Assembly (NCBI GenBank): GCA_036381495.1 | Contig: DASVCS010000059.1 | Coordinates: 2,352 to 66,351 of the forward strand | Source: Longimicrobiales bacterium | GTDB taxonomy: Bacteria > Gemmatimonadota > Gemmatimonadetes > Longimicrobiales > RSA9 | Length of the DNA stretch: 64,000 nt | Direction of reading: 5' to 3' | In this document: piece after piece, positions 52,984-63,087 of the stretch | Layout: each line of letters begins with the position of its first letter | Numbering within the stretch: position 1 is the stretch's first letter | Translations under genes and position numbers: made by a program | Notes under the pieces: model-generated | Databases searched by the model: none | What the model was told of the DNA's origin: nothing | What the model saw: the letters and a program-made list of their open reading frames with translations, nothing else

Positions 52984-54522
52984 TCACTGCCCGCCGGAAT
53001 CCGGGCGGAGTCGACGGCCCACGGCAGCTTCGAGCGCCGCCAGCGCCTCGTGGAAGCCGTACACCGCGTCGAGACGCGCGCGGTCCGCCTCCGCCTTCTG
53101 CGTCTCCGCCTGACTCAGCTCGACGAAGGTGGCGACGCCCAGCCGGTAGCGTTCGCGCGCCAGGCGGAGTTGCTCGGCGGCCGTCGCGGCGTTCTTCTCC
53201 TCCAGCATGGCCGAGCGGTAGGCCGCCTTCAGATCGAGTAGCGCCGTGGCCACGGCGGTGCGGCGGCGCAGTTCCTCCGCGCGCAGGTCGTAGCGCGCAT
53301 CGGCCTCGGCCGCTTGCGCCTCTTCGAGTTGTCGCCGCGCCGAGAGCCCCTGGAAGAGCGGCAGCGAGATCTGGAGCGAGGCGCTGAACGGCTGCTCCGT
53401 GAATTTGAACGGGAAGCGGCGGTTGTCGGCCAGTACGGCATCGATCCCCTCCTGCGTCAGTGCATACTGGGAGCAGTCGAGGGGGTACCCGGGGAGCGGC
53501 TGAGACAGCCCCGCCGAGATGAGGTTCTGCGTCTCGCAGGATTCGATGCGGGCCTCCGCGCGGCTCTTCGCGCCGTCGATCAGGTACTGGTCATCCGCCG
53601 CCACCATCCGCGAGAAGCCGGACCACCCGGCGGAGAACCTGAGCGTCGGGAGGAACGAACCGCGGGTCGACCGCACGGCCGCGCGCCGGGCCCGCTCCTC
53701 CGCGCGCAGCGATTCGATCTGCGGATGCGCCGCAAGCGCCTCGTCCACCAGCTCGTCGCGGGTCCACGACGGCTCGAAGACCTCGAACGACGTCGTCAGC
53801 CGGACGTCCGCGTCCAGATCGGTCCCGAGCTGCTCCATCAGGCGCAGCCGCTCCGTATCGTAGAGGTTCTCAGCCTGCACCAGCGCGACCTCGGCGCGGC
53901 CGCGCTCGACCTGCGCCTGCATGGCCTCGAGCGGCGGCGCCGCGCCGACCCGCACGCGAGCCTCCGCGAGTTCGAGGTTCTGTGATGCGCTCTCGAGCTG
54001 CTGCCGCGCCAGCGTGACACCATCCTGCGCCCGCAACACCGCGATGTACTGGCGCGTCACATCCGCGCGCAGCGTGAAGGCGGCCGCGTCGATCCGCGAC
54101 TCGACCGCCTCGCGACTCGCCCGCGCCTCCCCCATCCCGAACAGCGTGGCGGCGCTGAGCTGGAGCGACATGCCGATCGAATAGCTCGAGAAATAGTACG
54201 CAGGCGTCGCACCCAGACCGAGGTCCGACCCCGTGAACGACCCCACCAACGCCGGGCCACCGCCCTCGTAGCGGAAGCCCAGGCCCGTGTTCGCTCGCGG
54301 CAGCCACGCCGAGTACGCCTCACGCACCCGCCAGTCCGCCGGACCCGCATCGTTGTCCTGCTTCAGGAACGCCGGGTTGTGCTCTCGCGCCAGCGCGATC
54401 GCCTCCTCCAACGTCAACGTCACCGGCGTCTCCTGCGCCCGAGCCGCGGCGAACGGCAGACACGCCGGGGCGAGCAGCGCACCCGCCAATGCCGCCGCGC
54501 GACTCCGCACCGTCAGCCTCAT
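52984..54522 (-). CDS. TolC-family outer membrane efflux protein
   Basis: 512 aa with a signal peptide (AALAGALLAPACLPFAAARA). Two repeated helical halves carry typical TolC blocks (LTLEEAIALAREHNP, AEARVRVGAAPPLE, RERYRLGVATFVELSQAE). A GGAGGAG RBS precedes the ATG. Confidence 0.85.
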   Translation of the reverse strand: MRLTVRSRAAALAGALLAPACLPFAAARAQETPVTLTLEEAIALAREHNPAFLKQDNDAGPADWRVREAYSAWLPRANTGLGFRYEGGGPALVGSFTGSDLGLGATPAYYFSSYSIGMSLQLSAATLFGMGEARASREAVESRIDAAAFTLRADVTRQYIAVLRAQDGVTLARQQLESASQNLELAEARVRVGAAPPLEAMQAQVERGRAEVALVQAENLYDTERLRLMEQLGTDLDADVRLTTSFEVFEPSWTRDELVDEALAAHPQIESLRAEERARRAAVRSTRGSFLPTLRFSAGWSGFSRMVAADDQYLIDGAKSRAEARIESCETQNLISAGLSQPLPGYPLDCSQYALTQEGIDAVLADNRRFPFKFTEQPFSASLQISLPLFQGLSARRQLEEAQAAEADARYDLRAEELRRRTAVATALLDLKAAYRSAMLEEKNAATAAEQLRLARERYRLGVATFVELSQAETQKAEADRARLDAVYGFHEALAALEAAVGRRLRPDSGGQ

Positions 54523-54788
54523 GGTTCTCCTCCGTGTTCGCCGTGAACGCCCGCCCAGCCACGGGCGCCGACCGACCGCGACGGTCGGCGGCGCAACACA
54601 GGAAAGGACCGTACCACGGGATCCGTCTCTGTAATCGATTGTCGTGGCCAGTTTTACGAGTCGACACCACCGCCCGCTCGCGGGCGCCGGTGTCCGATGG
54701 CGGGACGCGGCGTCTCGGATCCGGACGCCCGAGGCAGGCGAGGAGCCGGAACCACCGCCCGACCGGCCACGGATTCGTGGGGATTCGG

Positions 54789-55493
54789 CTAACTGCCGGT
54801 CAACTGCCGGAGCGCCTCGCGGGCCTCCGTCATCTGCGGGAAGCGGTCGGTGATCATGCGATAGAGTTCGATCGCGCGGCTGGTCCGGCCGGCATCCTGG
54901 TAGACCTGCGCCTGCGAGTAGAGGCGGACCGCCTCGGCGGGGATCTCGCGGGATTCGCGGGCCTCTCGGACCGGCGCCGGGAGCGGCGGCAGGTCGACGC
55001 CCGCGGTGATCCGGGAGGCCAGTTGGACGAGCAGGTCGTAGATCTTCTCCCGCCGGTCCCGGACCTCCTCGGTCTTGATGACCTCGCCGGTCTCGACATC
55101 CACGATCCTGCCATCGAGCCGGAAGTCGCCGAACAGGTCCGTGAACACGCCGGTGACCACGTAGCGCGCGCCGACCAGCTTCCCGACCTCCGCAGCGGTC
55201 CGCGCATCGACCTGCCCGGACTGCGCGAGCCGCTGTTCGTCGAGGATCTCCCGCAGAATGCTGCGGTCCACGATTCGGAGCGCGGAGTTCTGGGCGAGTT
55301 CGGTGAGCAGCATCTGCTGGATCCCGATACGCAGCGGGTCGAGATCCTCCTTGTCGGGACCGTACGAGCCGCCGTTCGTGAACGGGAACACCGCTATGCC
55401 CGGACGATCATCGGCGTCGTCCTGCCCCGCGGCCGGCGCCGGCGCGGCCAGACACGCCGCAACGCCGAGCAGGATCAAGGAGCGCAACCGCAT
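54789..55493 (-). CDS. CsgG/TolB-N-like lipoprotein with TPR-like C-terminus
   Basis: Has a signal peptide (MRLRSLILLGVAACLAAPAPAAG). It carries the block IAVFPFTNGG...LTELAQNSALRIVDRSILREILDEQRL...GKLVGARYVVTGVF, typical of CsgG-like periplasmic domains. A GGGAGGAA RBS precedes ATG 55493. Confidence 0.5.
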   Translation of the reverse strand: MRLRSLILLGVAACLAAPAPAAGQDDADDRPGIAVFPFTNGGSYGPDKEDLDPLRIGIQQMLLTELAQNSALRIVDRSILREILDEQRLAQSGQVDARTAAEVGKLVGARYVVTGVFTDLFGDFRLDGRIVDVETGEVIKTEEVRDRREKIYDLLVQLASRITAGVDLPPLPAPVREARESREIPAEAVRLYSQAQVYQDAGRTSRAIELYRMITDRFPQMTEAREALRQLTGS

Positions 55494-55620
55494 GACTTCC
55501 TCCCATCGAAGGGTCGGAGCGACCGCGCGGCGGTGGCACGCCGCGCCGCGCCCGCGCCGCTGAACCGAATATGCGCCATGGGCCCGGAGCCCGGAAGAGT
55601 GCCGGATCCGGGTTCGGAAA

Positions 55621-57537
55621 TCAGCTCCGGGCGCGCGCCCAGACGTTGTTCTCCCGGTCCTGGTCCGGCATGGCGTGATCGGGATCGACCTCGACTCGCA
55701 CGACTCCCGCGGGGAGCGCGACCGGGTACGCGTACGTGTTGCCGTTGTACCAGATCTCGACGGGGAGCGCGATGTCGCGCGTCTCGCCACCGGCCAGGGT
55801 GAGCCGCAGGTCGAGCGGCATGACGAGCGGCGTACGATTCGAGAGGTGGATCGTCGCGACCACGCCGTCGCCGTCACGCTGTTGCGTCACCGAGTCGACC
55901 GCCTGGTCGAGCGTGTGGGTGGTGTAGAACCAGCCGCGCCAGAACCAGTCGAGGTCGTGCCCCGAAACTTCCTCGATCGTCCGGAAGAAGTCCGCGGGCT
56001 GCGGGTGCTTGAACGCCCACCGCCGGATGTACTCGCGGAACGCGGCATCGAACGCCTCCGGCCCGAGCACCTCGTCGCGCAGGAGGTTCAACGCCATGGC
56101 CGGCTTACGGTAGCCGACCAGTCCGAGGAGCGCGCGCTGCACGCGGTCGGGTGGCGTCATGATCGGCTGCTCCCGACCCTCGGACGAGAAAGCCATGTAC
56201 TGTTGCACGTATGCTGCCTTCGCGTCGGTGCCGGGGTAGCGCAGGTCGTTCGCCCACGCGTCGATGAACGTGTTGAAGCCCTCGTCCATCCAGGTGTAGC
56301 GCCGCTCGTTGCTCCCCACGATCATCGGGAACCACTCGTGCCCGTGCTCGTGCGCGATGGTGCTGAAGACGGTCGGCTCATCGCCGCCGGCGTGGACCAT
56401 CACGAACATCGGATACTCCATCCCGCCGACCGGCCCGGCGACGCTCGTCGCCTGCGGATAGGGGTAGTGGTACCACCGCTCGGAGAACTCGCGGATCGAG
56501 AAGCAGGTCATGTCCGCGGCGGTACGCCATGCCGCGGCATCCTCCTGGTAGTACGCGTTGCAGAGGATGCCGTCCCAGCTCGTCGCATCCCAGCGGAAAT
56601 CGGGAGAGGCCGCCCAGGCGAAGTCGTGCACGTTCTCCGCGTGGAAGCGCCAGGTCAGCATCCCCTCGTCGGCCGGGTGCGCCTTGCGGGTCCCGACCTC
56701 ATCGGCACGGATGATCGCGACCTGCTCCCCGCTCCGGGCCGCCTCTGCCAGCCGCTCCCGCTGCTCGGGCGTCAACACGACCTCGGGGTTCTGCAACGTG
56801 CCGGTCGCCGCGACCGTGTAACCGGCAGGCACCGTCAGCGCGACGTCGTAGTCACCGTATTCGAGGTAGAACTCGCCCTGCCCCAGGTACGGGTCGGTGT
56901 TCCACCCCGAGATGTCGTCATAGACGGCCATGCGCGGGAACCACTGCGCGATCTCGTAGAGGTCGCCCTGGCGCGCCATGCGGTCCGATCCGTGCTCCGG
57001 CACGGGGAACGACCAGCCAATGCTCAGATCGATGGTGCCGCCGGGCGGGAGGGGCCGCGGCAGGTCCAGGCGCATCATCGTGTCGTAGATGTACGGCTCG
57101 ACCTCGGTCCCGTCCGCCCGCGCGTAGCGGATCTCCATGCCACCCTCGAAACCGCGCGCGCCCCACCGGCTCTCGGCCGGCGAGACGAACGAGCCCCGAC
57201 TCCCGGGACGATACAGGTTCTGGTCGACCTGGAGCCAGACGAAGCGCAGGGTGTGCGGCGAGTTGTTGTGGTAGCGCACCGTTTCGCTCCCCGTGACCGT
57301 CGTCGTCGCGGGGTCGAGCGTCGCCTCGATCCGGTAGTCGGCCCGCTGCTGCCAGTAGTCCGGGCCCGGCGCACCTCCGGCCGTCCGCAGCCGATTCGGC
57401 GCAGGCAGGTCCAGCGGGCGGAAGATCGAGGCATCCGCCCCGTCCTGCGGCGCGTGCTGCGCTGCGGCGACGGCCGGGAGGACGAAGAGCAGAGCTGCGC
57501 CGAGGATCCGTGACACCCGGTGCATCGCAACCATCAT
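55621..57537 (-). CDS. M1-family zinc metallopeptidase (secreted)
   Basis: GGMEYP (GxMEN-like) and HEHGHEWF...WMDEGF (HExxH-x18-E) motifs, plus signal peptide SRILGAALLFVLPAVAAAQ. The start is one of the ATGs at 57537/57534/57525. Confidence 0.8.
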   Translation of the reverse strand: MMVAMHRVSRILGAALLFVLPAVAAAQHAPQDGADASIFRPLDLPAPNRLRTAGGAPGPDYWQQRADYRIEATLDPATTTVTGSETVRYHNNSPHTLRFVWLQVDQNLYRPGSRGSFVSPAESRWGARGFEGGMEIRYARADGTEVEPYIYDTMMRLDLPRPLPPGGTIDLSIGWSFPVPEHGSDRMARQGDLYEIAQWFPRMAVYDDISGWNTDPYLGQGEFYLEYGDYDVALTVPAGYTVAATGTLQNPEVVLTPEQRERLAEAARSGEQVAIIRADEVGTRKAHPADEGMLTWRFHAENVHDFAWAASPDFRWDATSWDGILCNAYYQEDAAAWRTAADMTCFSIREFSERWYHYPYPQATSVAGPVGGMEYPMFVMVHAGGDEPTVFSTIAHEHGHEWFPMIVGSNERRYTWMDEGFNTFIDAWANDLRYPGTDAKAAYVQQYMAFSSEGREQPIMTPPDRVQRALLGLVGYRKPAMALNLLRDEVLGPEAFDAAFREYIRRWAFKHPQPADFFRTIEEVSGHDLDWFWRGWFYTTHTLDQAVDSVTQQRDGDGVVATIHLSNRTPLVMPLDLRLTLAGGETRDIALPVEIWYNGNTYAYPVALPAGVVRVEVDPDHAMPDQDRENNVWARARS

Positions 57538-57703
57538 GGCCGTGTCCTGTCGTGTGTGGGGGATCGTCGCATTGCGCGCCCTAATACTGCACGGGACACG
57601 CGGTCGGTTCCATCGGTGCCACGGGCGTCCCCCGCCGTGGCCGACCCCGATGGGTCCCGCTATCTTAGCAGCCGATCGACACCGACGCGAACCGAATACC
57701 ACC

Positions 57704-58495
57704 ATGGCACTGAGAATCCTTCAAGTCGATGCCTTCACCGACCGTCCGTTCCGGGGCAACCCGGCCGCGGTCTGCGTACTGCCCGAACCCCGGGAACCGG
57801 CGTGGATGCAGGACGTCGCCCGCGAGATGAACCTCTCCGAAACCGCGTTCCTCGTTCCGGAGGACGACGGCTTCCGCCTGCGCTGGTTCACACCCGCCGT
57901 CGAGGTGGACCTCTGCGGCCACGCCACCCTGGCCAGCGCGCACGTCCTCTGGGAAGACGGACTGCTCGCGCCGGAAGCCACGGCGCGCTTCCACACGCGG
58001 AGCGGACTGCTGACCGCGGTACGCAGCGGCGATCGGATCGTGCTGGACTTCCCGGCCAAGCCGGAGGAGGCGACGACGGCGCCGGAAGGACTCGCCCATG
58101 CGCTCGGCATCACGCCCGCGTACGTCGGCCGGAACAAGTTCGACCTGCTGGTCGAGTTGCCGTCGGAGGCGGCGGTACGCGAGCTGGCTCCGGACTTCGC
58201 CCGACTGCGCACCATTGACGCCCGCGGCGTGATCGTCACCGCCCGCGCCGCGACGCGGGATTACGACTTCGTCTCCCGCTTCTTCGCGCCGCGCGTGGGC
58301 GTGGATGAAGATCCGGTCACGGGCTCGGCGCACTGCTGCCTCGGTCCGTTCTGGCAGAAGCGGCTCGGACGGACGGAGTTCACCGCCTACCAGGCCTCGC
58401 CGCGCGGCGGCACCGTGCACGTCGAGGTGCGCGGCGACCGCGTGCGACTCGGTGGACAGGCGGTCACCGTGCTGCGGGGCGAACTCGCGGAGTGA
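57704..58495 (+). CDS. PhzF-family isomerase-like protein
   Basis: MALRILQVDAFTDRPFRGNPAAVCVL, MNLSETAF and CGHATLA blocks typical of PhzF/YddE proteins. Start trimmed to ATG 57704. Confidence 0.8.
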   Translation: MALRILQVDAFTDRPFRGNPAAVCVLPEPREPAWMQDVAREMNLSETAFLVPEDDGFRLRWFTPAVEVDLCGHATLASAHVLWEDGLLAPEATARFHTRSGLLTAVRSGDRIVLDFPAKPEEATTAPEGLAHALGITPAYVGRNKFDLLVELPSEAAVRELAPDFARLRTIDARGVIVTARAATRDYDFVSRFFAPRVGVDEDPVTGSAHCCLGPFWQKRLGRTEFTAYQASPRGGTVHVEVRGDRVRLGGQAVTVLRGELAE

Positions 58496-58634
58496 GCCGG
58501 CGCGAGATCGACGCCTGCGCCGCTTCAGCGTGCCGAGGGCGAGCGATCCGATGCGCGCATCCGGACCAACGTCACGATCCCGCTCCCTCCGACTCGGGCC
58601 GGGTGGACCCGCGCGCGTACTCGCACTCGCGTGC

Positions 58635-60617
58635 CTACGAGGGCGGCCGGCCGTGTGGGTCCACCGGGGCGCCCTCGAGCGGCACGGCCTCCGCCGCGCT
58701 GCGCTCGCCGCCCTCGGCGACAGGGATCGTGAACGAGATCGTCGTGCCGACGCCGACCGTGCTCTCGGCGCGAATGCGTCCCCCGTGCGCCTCGACGATG
58801 CCACGCGCGATGGCCAGCCCCAGCCCCGCGCCTTCGCCCCTCCGGCCGACCTGCCAGAACGGGTCGAAGAGATGCGGCAACTGGTCGGCGGGGATCCCGC
58901 GCCCGGTGTCCCGGACCCAGAAACGTACACTGCCGTCCTGCGTTTCCGCACCGACCGTGATCCGCCCGTGCTCGGGCGTGAACTTGATGGAGTTGCCGAG
59001 CAGGTTCCCGAACACCTGGAGCAGGCGGTCGCGATCCGCCCAGATGTCGGGGAGCCCTGCCGGCAGCTCGCCGACCAGCTCCTGACCATTCGCCTGCGCC
59101 TGGCTGCGATGCGACTCGACGGCTTCGGACGCGACCTCGCGGCTCGAGATCCGCCGTCGGTCGAGCCGGAGCCGACCCGCTTCGAGACGGGCGACATCGA
59201 GCAGATCGTGAATCAGGCGATCGGCGCGCCGGACGCTGCGGCCGATGATGTCGAGTTGTTGGCGCGACGTCTCGTCCACCGAGGGCATGGTCTGTTCGAG
59301 CATCCCGAGCGCGAGCGAGATCGTGTTCAACGGGTCACGCAGGTCGTGACTGACGACGGCCAGCATCTCGTCACGGCTGCGTGTGGCGCGCTGGGCTTCG
59401 GCGTAGAGTCGGGCATTGTCGAGCCCGAGCGACGCTCTGCCGGCCAGGGTCTCGGCCAGCGCCAGGTCGTCGGGCCCGTACCGCCTGGACTCGGCGGCCA
59501 GTATCGTCAGGGCGCCCGTCAGAGCGCCACGCGTCCGCAGCGGCACGATGATGGCCGGACGGGCGCCGAGATCCCGGATCGGGCCGACATCGATGCGCGG
59601 GACGCTCCGCACCTGACCGGTTTCGAGCACCTCGGCGATCGGGCTGCCCCGGCCGCTCGGCGGGACGGCCTCCCGGAGCCGCGCCGCCATCGCCTCCGCG
59701 CGTGGATCCGCGTGCGCGACGGCGACGCGCCGGACACGATCGCCCTCCAGCACATCGATGATGCACCAATCGCCCAGTGCGGGCACGACCAGCCGCGCCA
59801 ACTGCTCGAAGATGGTCTCGTGTTTCAGGGTCGAACCCAGGATCCGACTGGCTTCGGCGAGGAACCGCGAACGCTCCTCCGCCGCCCGCGCGGCCGCGCG
59901 CTCCGCCCGCGCCCGCGCGAGCTGGCGCATCCGCTCGTCGGCGCGATCCCGCTCGATCACCGCGGCCACCAGCGCCGCCGATGCCTTCAGCGCCTCCACC
60001 TCCGCCGGCGACCACCAGCGCTCCCACCGGATCTCATCGAACCCGATGAACCCCCACCACTCGGGACCGATGAAGATCGGCAACACCACGAGCGAACGAA
60101 TGCCCTGCGCCCTCAGCAGCGGCTGCTCGCTCTCAGGGAAGTCGCCGACATTGCCCAGGATCGCTTCGCCCCGGCCCAGCACGATCTTCCATCGGTGCAT
60201 CCCGTGGCTGTCGTAGGCGGCCCCCTGGAGTTCCGGATTGTCGATCTGTGGCGGAATCCCCGGAGCGGTCCACTCGAAGCGCTGGCTGGCGACGAGTTCG
60301 CCGGATGCGTCCCGTCCGTTCTGGAAGATGTAGGCCCGCGTGACACCCGTCGCCCTGCCCAGGCGTCCGAGGAATTCGTTCAGGCGGCGTGGGTCCGTCC
60401 CGCGCACCAGCCACTCGGCGCCGGAGCCGATCGCCGCGAGGATCCGGTCCCGTCGCAGCAGCGCCTGCTCCCGGGCCACGGCGCGCCCGCGCGCCTTCTG
60501 GATCCATCGGCCGAGTACCACGCCGATTACGGACAACACGATGACGCCGGGGACGAGACCGGCCATCTTCGGAGGGTCGCCGGCGCGGTGATCGACCGGC
60601 CCGGGCGGATCCCGCAT
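58635..60617 (-). CDS. membrane-anchored GAF-GAF sensor histidine kinase (no adjacent response regulator)
   Basis: One TM helix (LVPGVIVLSVIGVVLG), two GAF-like regions, an H-box VVSHDLRDPLN, and ATPase boxes (LLGNSIKFT, DTGRGIP, GAGLGLAIA). The start is uncertain (ATG 60716/60701/60617/60566). Confidence 0.75.
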   Translation of the reverse strand: MRDPPGPVDHRAGDPPKMAGLVPGVIVLSVIGVVLGRWIQKARGRAVAREQALLRRDRILAAIGSGAEWLVRGTDPRRLNEFLGRLGRATGVTRAYIFQNGRDASGELVASQRFEWTAPGIPPQIDNPELQGAAYDSHGMHRWKIVLGRGEAILGNVGDFPESEQPLLRAQGIRSLVVLPIFIGPEWWGFIGFDEIRWERWWSPAEVEALKASAALVAAVIERDRADERMRQLARARAERAAARAAEERSRFLAEASRILGSTLKHETIFEQLARLVVPALGDWCIIDVLEGDRVRRVAVAHADPRAEAMAARLREAVPPSGRGSPIAEVLETGQVRSVPRIDVGPIRDLGARPAIIVPLRTRGALTGALTILAAESRRYGPDDLALAETLAGRASLGLDNARLYAEAQRATRSRDEMLAVVSHDLRDPLNTISLALGMLEQTMPSVDETSRQQLDIIGRSVRRADRLIHDLLDVARLEAGRLRLDRRRISSREVASEAVESHRSQAQANGQELVGELPAGLPDIWADRDRLLQVFGNLLGNSIKFTPEHGRITVGAETQDGSVRFWVRDTGRGIPADQLPHLFDPFWQVGRRGEGAGLGLAIARGIVEAHGGRIRAESTVGVGTTISFTIPVAEGGERSAAEAVPLEGAPVDPHGRPPS

Positions 60618-60862
60618 GCCCGCGCCCCCCGGCGAGCGGGCGTCCTCGGGGACGCCCGAGCCGCGGTGCGTGCGACCGGCGCCGAACCAGGGGATCAGCA
60701 TCTGGAAACGCCTCATCCCGGCACCGGAAGAGAAAGAGCGTGACGCGCTGATGGGGCGTGACGCAACGCAGCGATCGGCCGGCCCGTACCGGCCGATGAG
60801 GCAACGATCTTCCCCGTCGCGTTCGGCAAGTCGCGCGCCGGGGCGAACCTGCGACGATCGAT

Positions 60863-62638
60863 TCAGGCAGCGGCATCGGCGGCCGTGGATGCCGCCGGCA
60901 CGACGACCCGCGCGACGCCCGCGACCTCGCCCGTCCCGAGCTCGAATCGGACGGTCACGACGTAGGCGACCCCCGGCTGCGGCGCGATCCGCGGCGCACC
61001 GACCGCGACACGACACGCGACCCTGCCACGCGCGGGGAGGACCGACCCACACGACATCGACAGCCGCGTCGCCCAGATGGGCCGCGCCTTCGTCCGCCAG
61101 CCCAACACGTGGCCGACCGCGATGATCGCTGCATCTCCCACGATGCGCAACGCCAGCGGCATGGCCACGAAGTCGACTGCCGCCCTCGGCTCGACCTCGA
61201 ACCGGTAGGCCCGCTCCCCCACGCGCCGCGCCTCGAGGATCGTGTAGCCATCAGCCGCGGCGTCCTCGTGCATGTACCGGCTGTGGAGCGCCTCGATCGT
61301 CGCCCCGTCGATCGGCACACCCTCCGGCGCCGTGCCACCCCACGCCGCCGGCACGTGCGCCTGCACGCCCGGCTGGAAGAACGGATCCTCCGCGCGCCGC
61401 ACGAGCCGAAGCGAACCGTCCGCCTCGATGATGACGTGCGCGGGGCCGCGCCGGCCGTTGAAGTGGCTCGACACCGACTCGCAGTACGCGCCGGCGTGCC
61501 GGACCAGCACCGGGTCGCCGCGCTTCACCCCATCCAACCGCGTCGCCGGGAGCAGCACGTCGCCGGCAAAGCAGAGGGGCCCCACGAGCGCATCCTCGCC
61601 CTCCCTCGGCAACGGCCGGTGCTCGGCATCGTCGATCCGGTGCTCCCACCGCGCGATCGTGAACTTCACCAACTGGTCCGTGCCGACATCGAGAATGCCC
61701 CAGCGCCGGCCACGCTTGGTCTTGATCGCGACCACGCGGGCGAGCAGCGCGACCGCATTGCCGACCAGTGAATTGCCCGGCTCGACCTCGTAGGCCAGCC
61801 CGGCGCGCCGAAGCGGCCGGATCGCCGCACCCAACGCCTCGATGGACGGAAACCGCTGACCATCCAGGAACGGGATCCCCAACCCGCCGCCGAGGTTCAA
61901 CGTCGTGATCCGGTGCGCCGTGCGCGCCTCCACGAGATCGCTCAACCGGTGAAGGAACTCGAGCGCCGCCGTGAACGCCTCGACGTTGTCCATCTGCGTC
62001 CCGACGTGCATGTGCAATCCCGTCACCGGCATGGGGGTGCGCGCCAGGAGCCGCGGCACGACCTCCGACGGGATCCCGAACGGACTGTCATCCGCGCCAT
62101 GCGCCGTGTACCGGTGGATCTCGGCGGCACGGCGATAACCGGGCAGGCCGCCGGGACTCACCCGAATGAAGAGACGGCCCGCGAAGTCGTCGCCCGCCAA
62201 CTGCTCCCGCAGATCCGCAAGCGCCTCCGCCGAGTCCGCGACGACGGTCCCCCCGGACCGCAACAGCCACACGGCCAACCGCGATTCCGGCGCCGGCGAG
62301 TTGTAGCTGATCCTCTCGATCGGGATGCCCGCCTCGAGCGCCAGCCACACCTCGTCCCGCGACGCACAGTCCGCTCCGCCGCCGAGTGCCGCGATCGCCT
62401 CCAGAATCGCCGCCGACGGGTTCGCCTTCACCGGGTACCGGATCCCGTCCGCTCGGCCGACGACCGCGACGTACCGCGCAAAGTTTTCTCGCAGGGTGTT
62501 CGAATCGATGATGTACAACGGCGTACCGTACGTGGCCGCGAGCCCCCGAAGGTCCAACGACCGTGACCACTCCTCGAACGCCGCCTCCGCTGCGGCTCCG
62601 CGCCGCCGCTCCCGTGACTTGTCCGTCCGCCTGGGCAT
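60863..62638 (-). CDS. PLP-dependent Orn/DAP/Arg decarboxylase family protein with ~170-aa C-terminal extension
   Basis: Carries the PLP-lysine block YPVKANP and the blocks LNLGGGLGIP, EPGNSLVG and GPLCFAGD, typical of fold-type III decarboxylases. It is 591 aa long, so ~170 residues follow the decarboxylase body. Confidence 0.75.
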   Translation of the reverse strand: MPRRTDKSRERRRGAAAEAAFEEWSRSLDLRGLAATYGTPLYIIDSNTLRENFARYVAVVGRADGIRYPVKANPSAAILEAIAALGGGADCASRDEVWLALEAGIPIERISYNSPAPESRLAVWLLRSGGTVVADSAEALADLREQLAGDDFAGRLFIRVSPGGLPGYRRAAEIHRYTAHGADDSPFGIPSEVVPRLLARTPMPVTGLHMHVGTQMDNVEAFTAALEFLHRLSDLVEARTAHRITTLNLGGGLGIPFLDGQRFPSIEALGAAIRPLRRAGLAYEVEPGNSLVGNAVALLARVVAIKTKRGRRWGILDVGTDQLVKFTIARWEHRIDDAEHRPLPREGEDALVGPLCFAGDVLLPATRLDGVKRGDPVLVRHAGAYCESVSSHFNGRRGPAHVIIEADGSLRLVRRAEDPFFQPGVQAHVPAAWGGTAPEGVPIDGATIEALHSRYMHEDAAADGYTILEARRVGERAYRFEVEPRAAVDFVAMPLALRIVGDAAIIAVGHVLGWRTKARPIWATRLSMSCGSVLPARGRVACRVAVGAPRIAPQPGVAYVVTVRFELGTGEVAGVARVVVPAASTAADAAA

Positions 62639-62934
62639 ACGATCCTACTCCTTGCCAACGCTCCGGCGCCCGACACGGGTCACGAGTTCTCCACCCGCCT
62701 GCGGTCGACCCTGGAGCATGAAACCGCCGTTCGCGCACGCGCACGAGCTTCCTCATCAGGCGAGAACATCGGGCGCGAATCCGGCGGGTCGCGCTGCACC
62801 CGCGCCGCGCTCCCGCTACGCGACGTACCGCGCGCACGCCACCGGGTTCCGACCGTGCCGACGCGCTCGCCCCGCGGCCTGCCCCTGCGGCAGTCCGACG
62901 CGCCACCTGCCATTCCGGCGCAGTCGGCGTTATA

Positions 62935-62963
62935 TTACAGGTGCCGCTGAAATTGTTCTTAAT
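62935..62963 (+). promoter_or_regulatory. sigma-70-type promoter candidate upstream of lon (TTACAG-17 nt-CTTAAT)
   Basis: AT-rich island at 62931-62985. An alternative pair, TTGTTC-17 nt-AACAAT, lies just downstream. A perfect 7-bp stem GGCGGTC/GACCGCC follows in the leader (about 63040-63060). Confidence 0.3.
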
Positions 62964-63087
62964 CTACGTAACCACAACAATTTAGCGGGGTAGTAGCAAC
63001 GGTGGCCCGCCATCTGCTTTGCGGGTTCGCCGTATCACGGCGGTCTGCCGGACCGCCGGCTTCCAGAAGACGAAGTGGGGTCTACTG

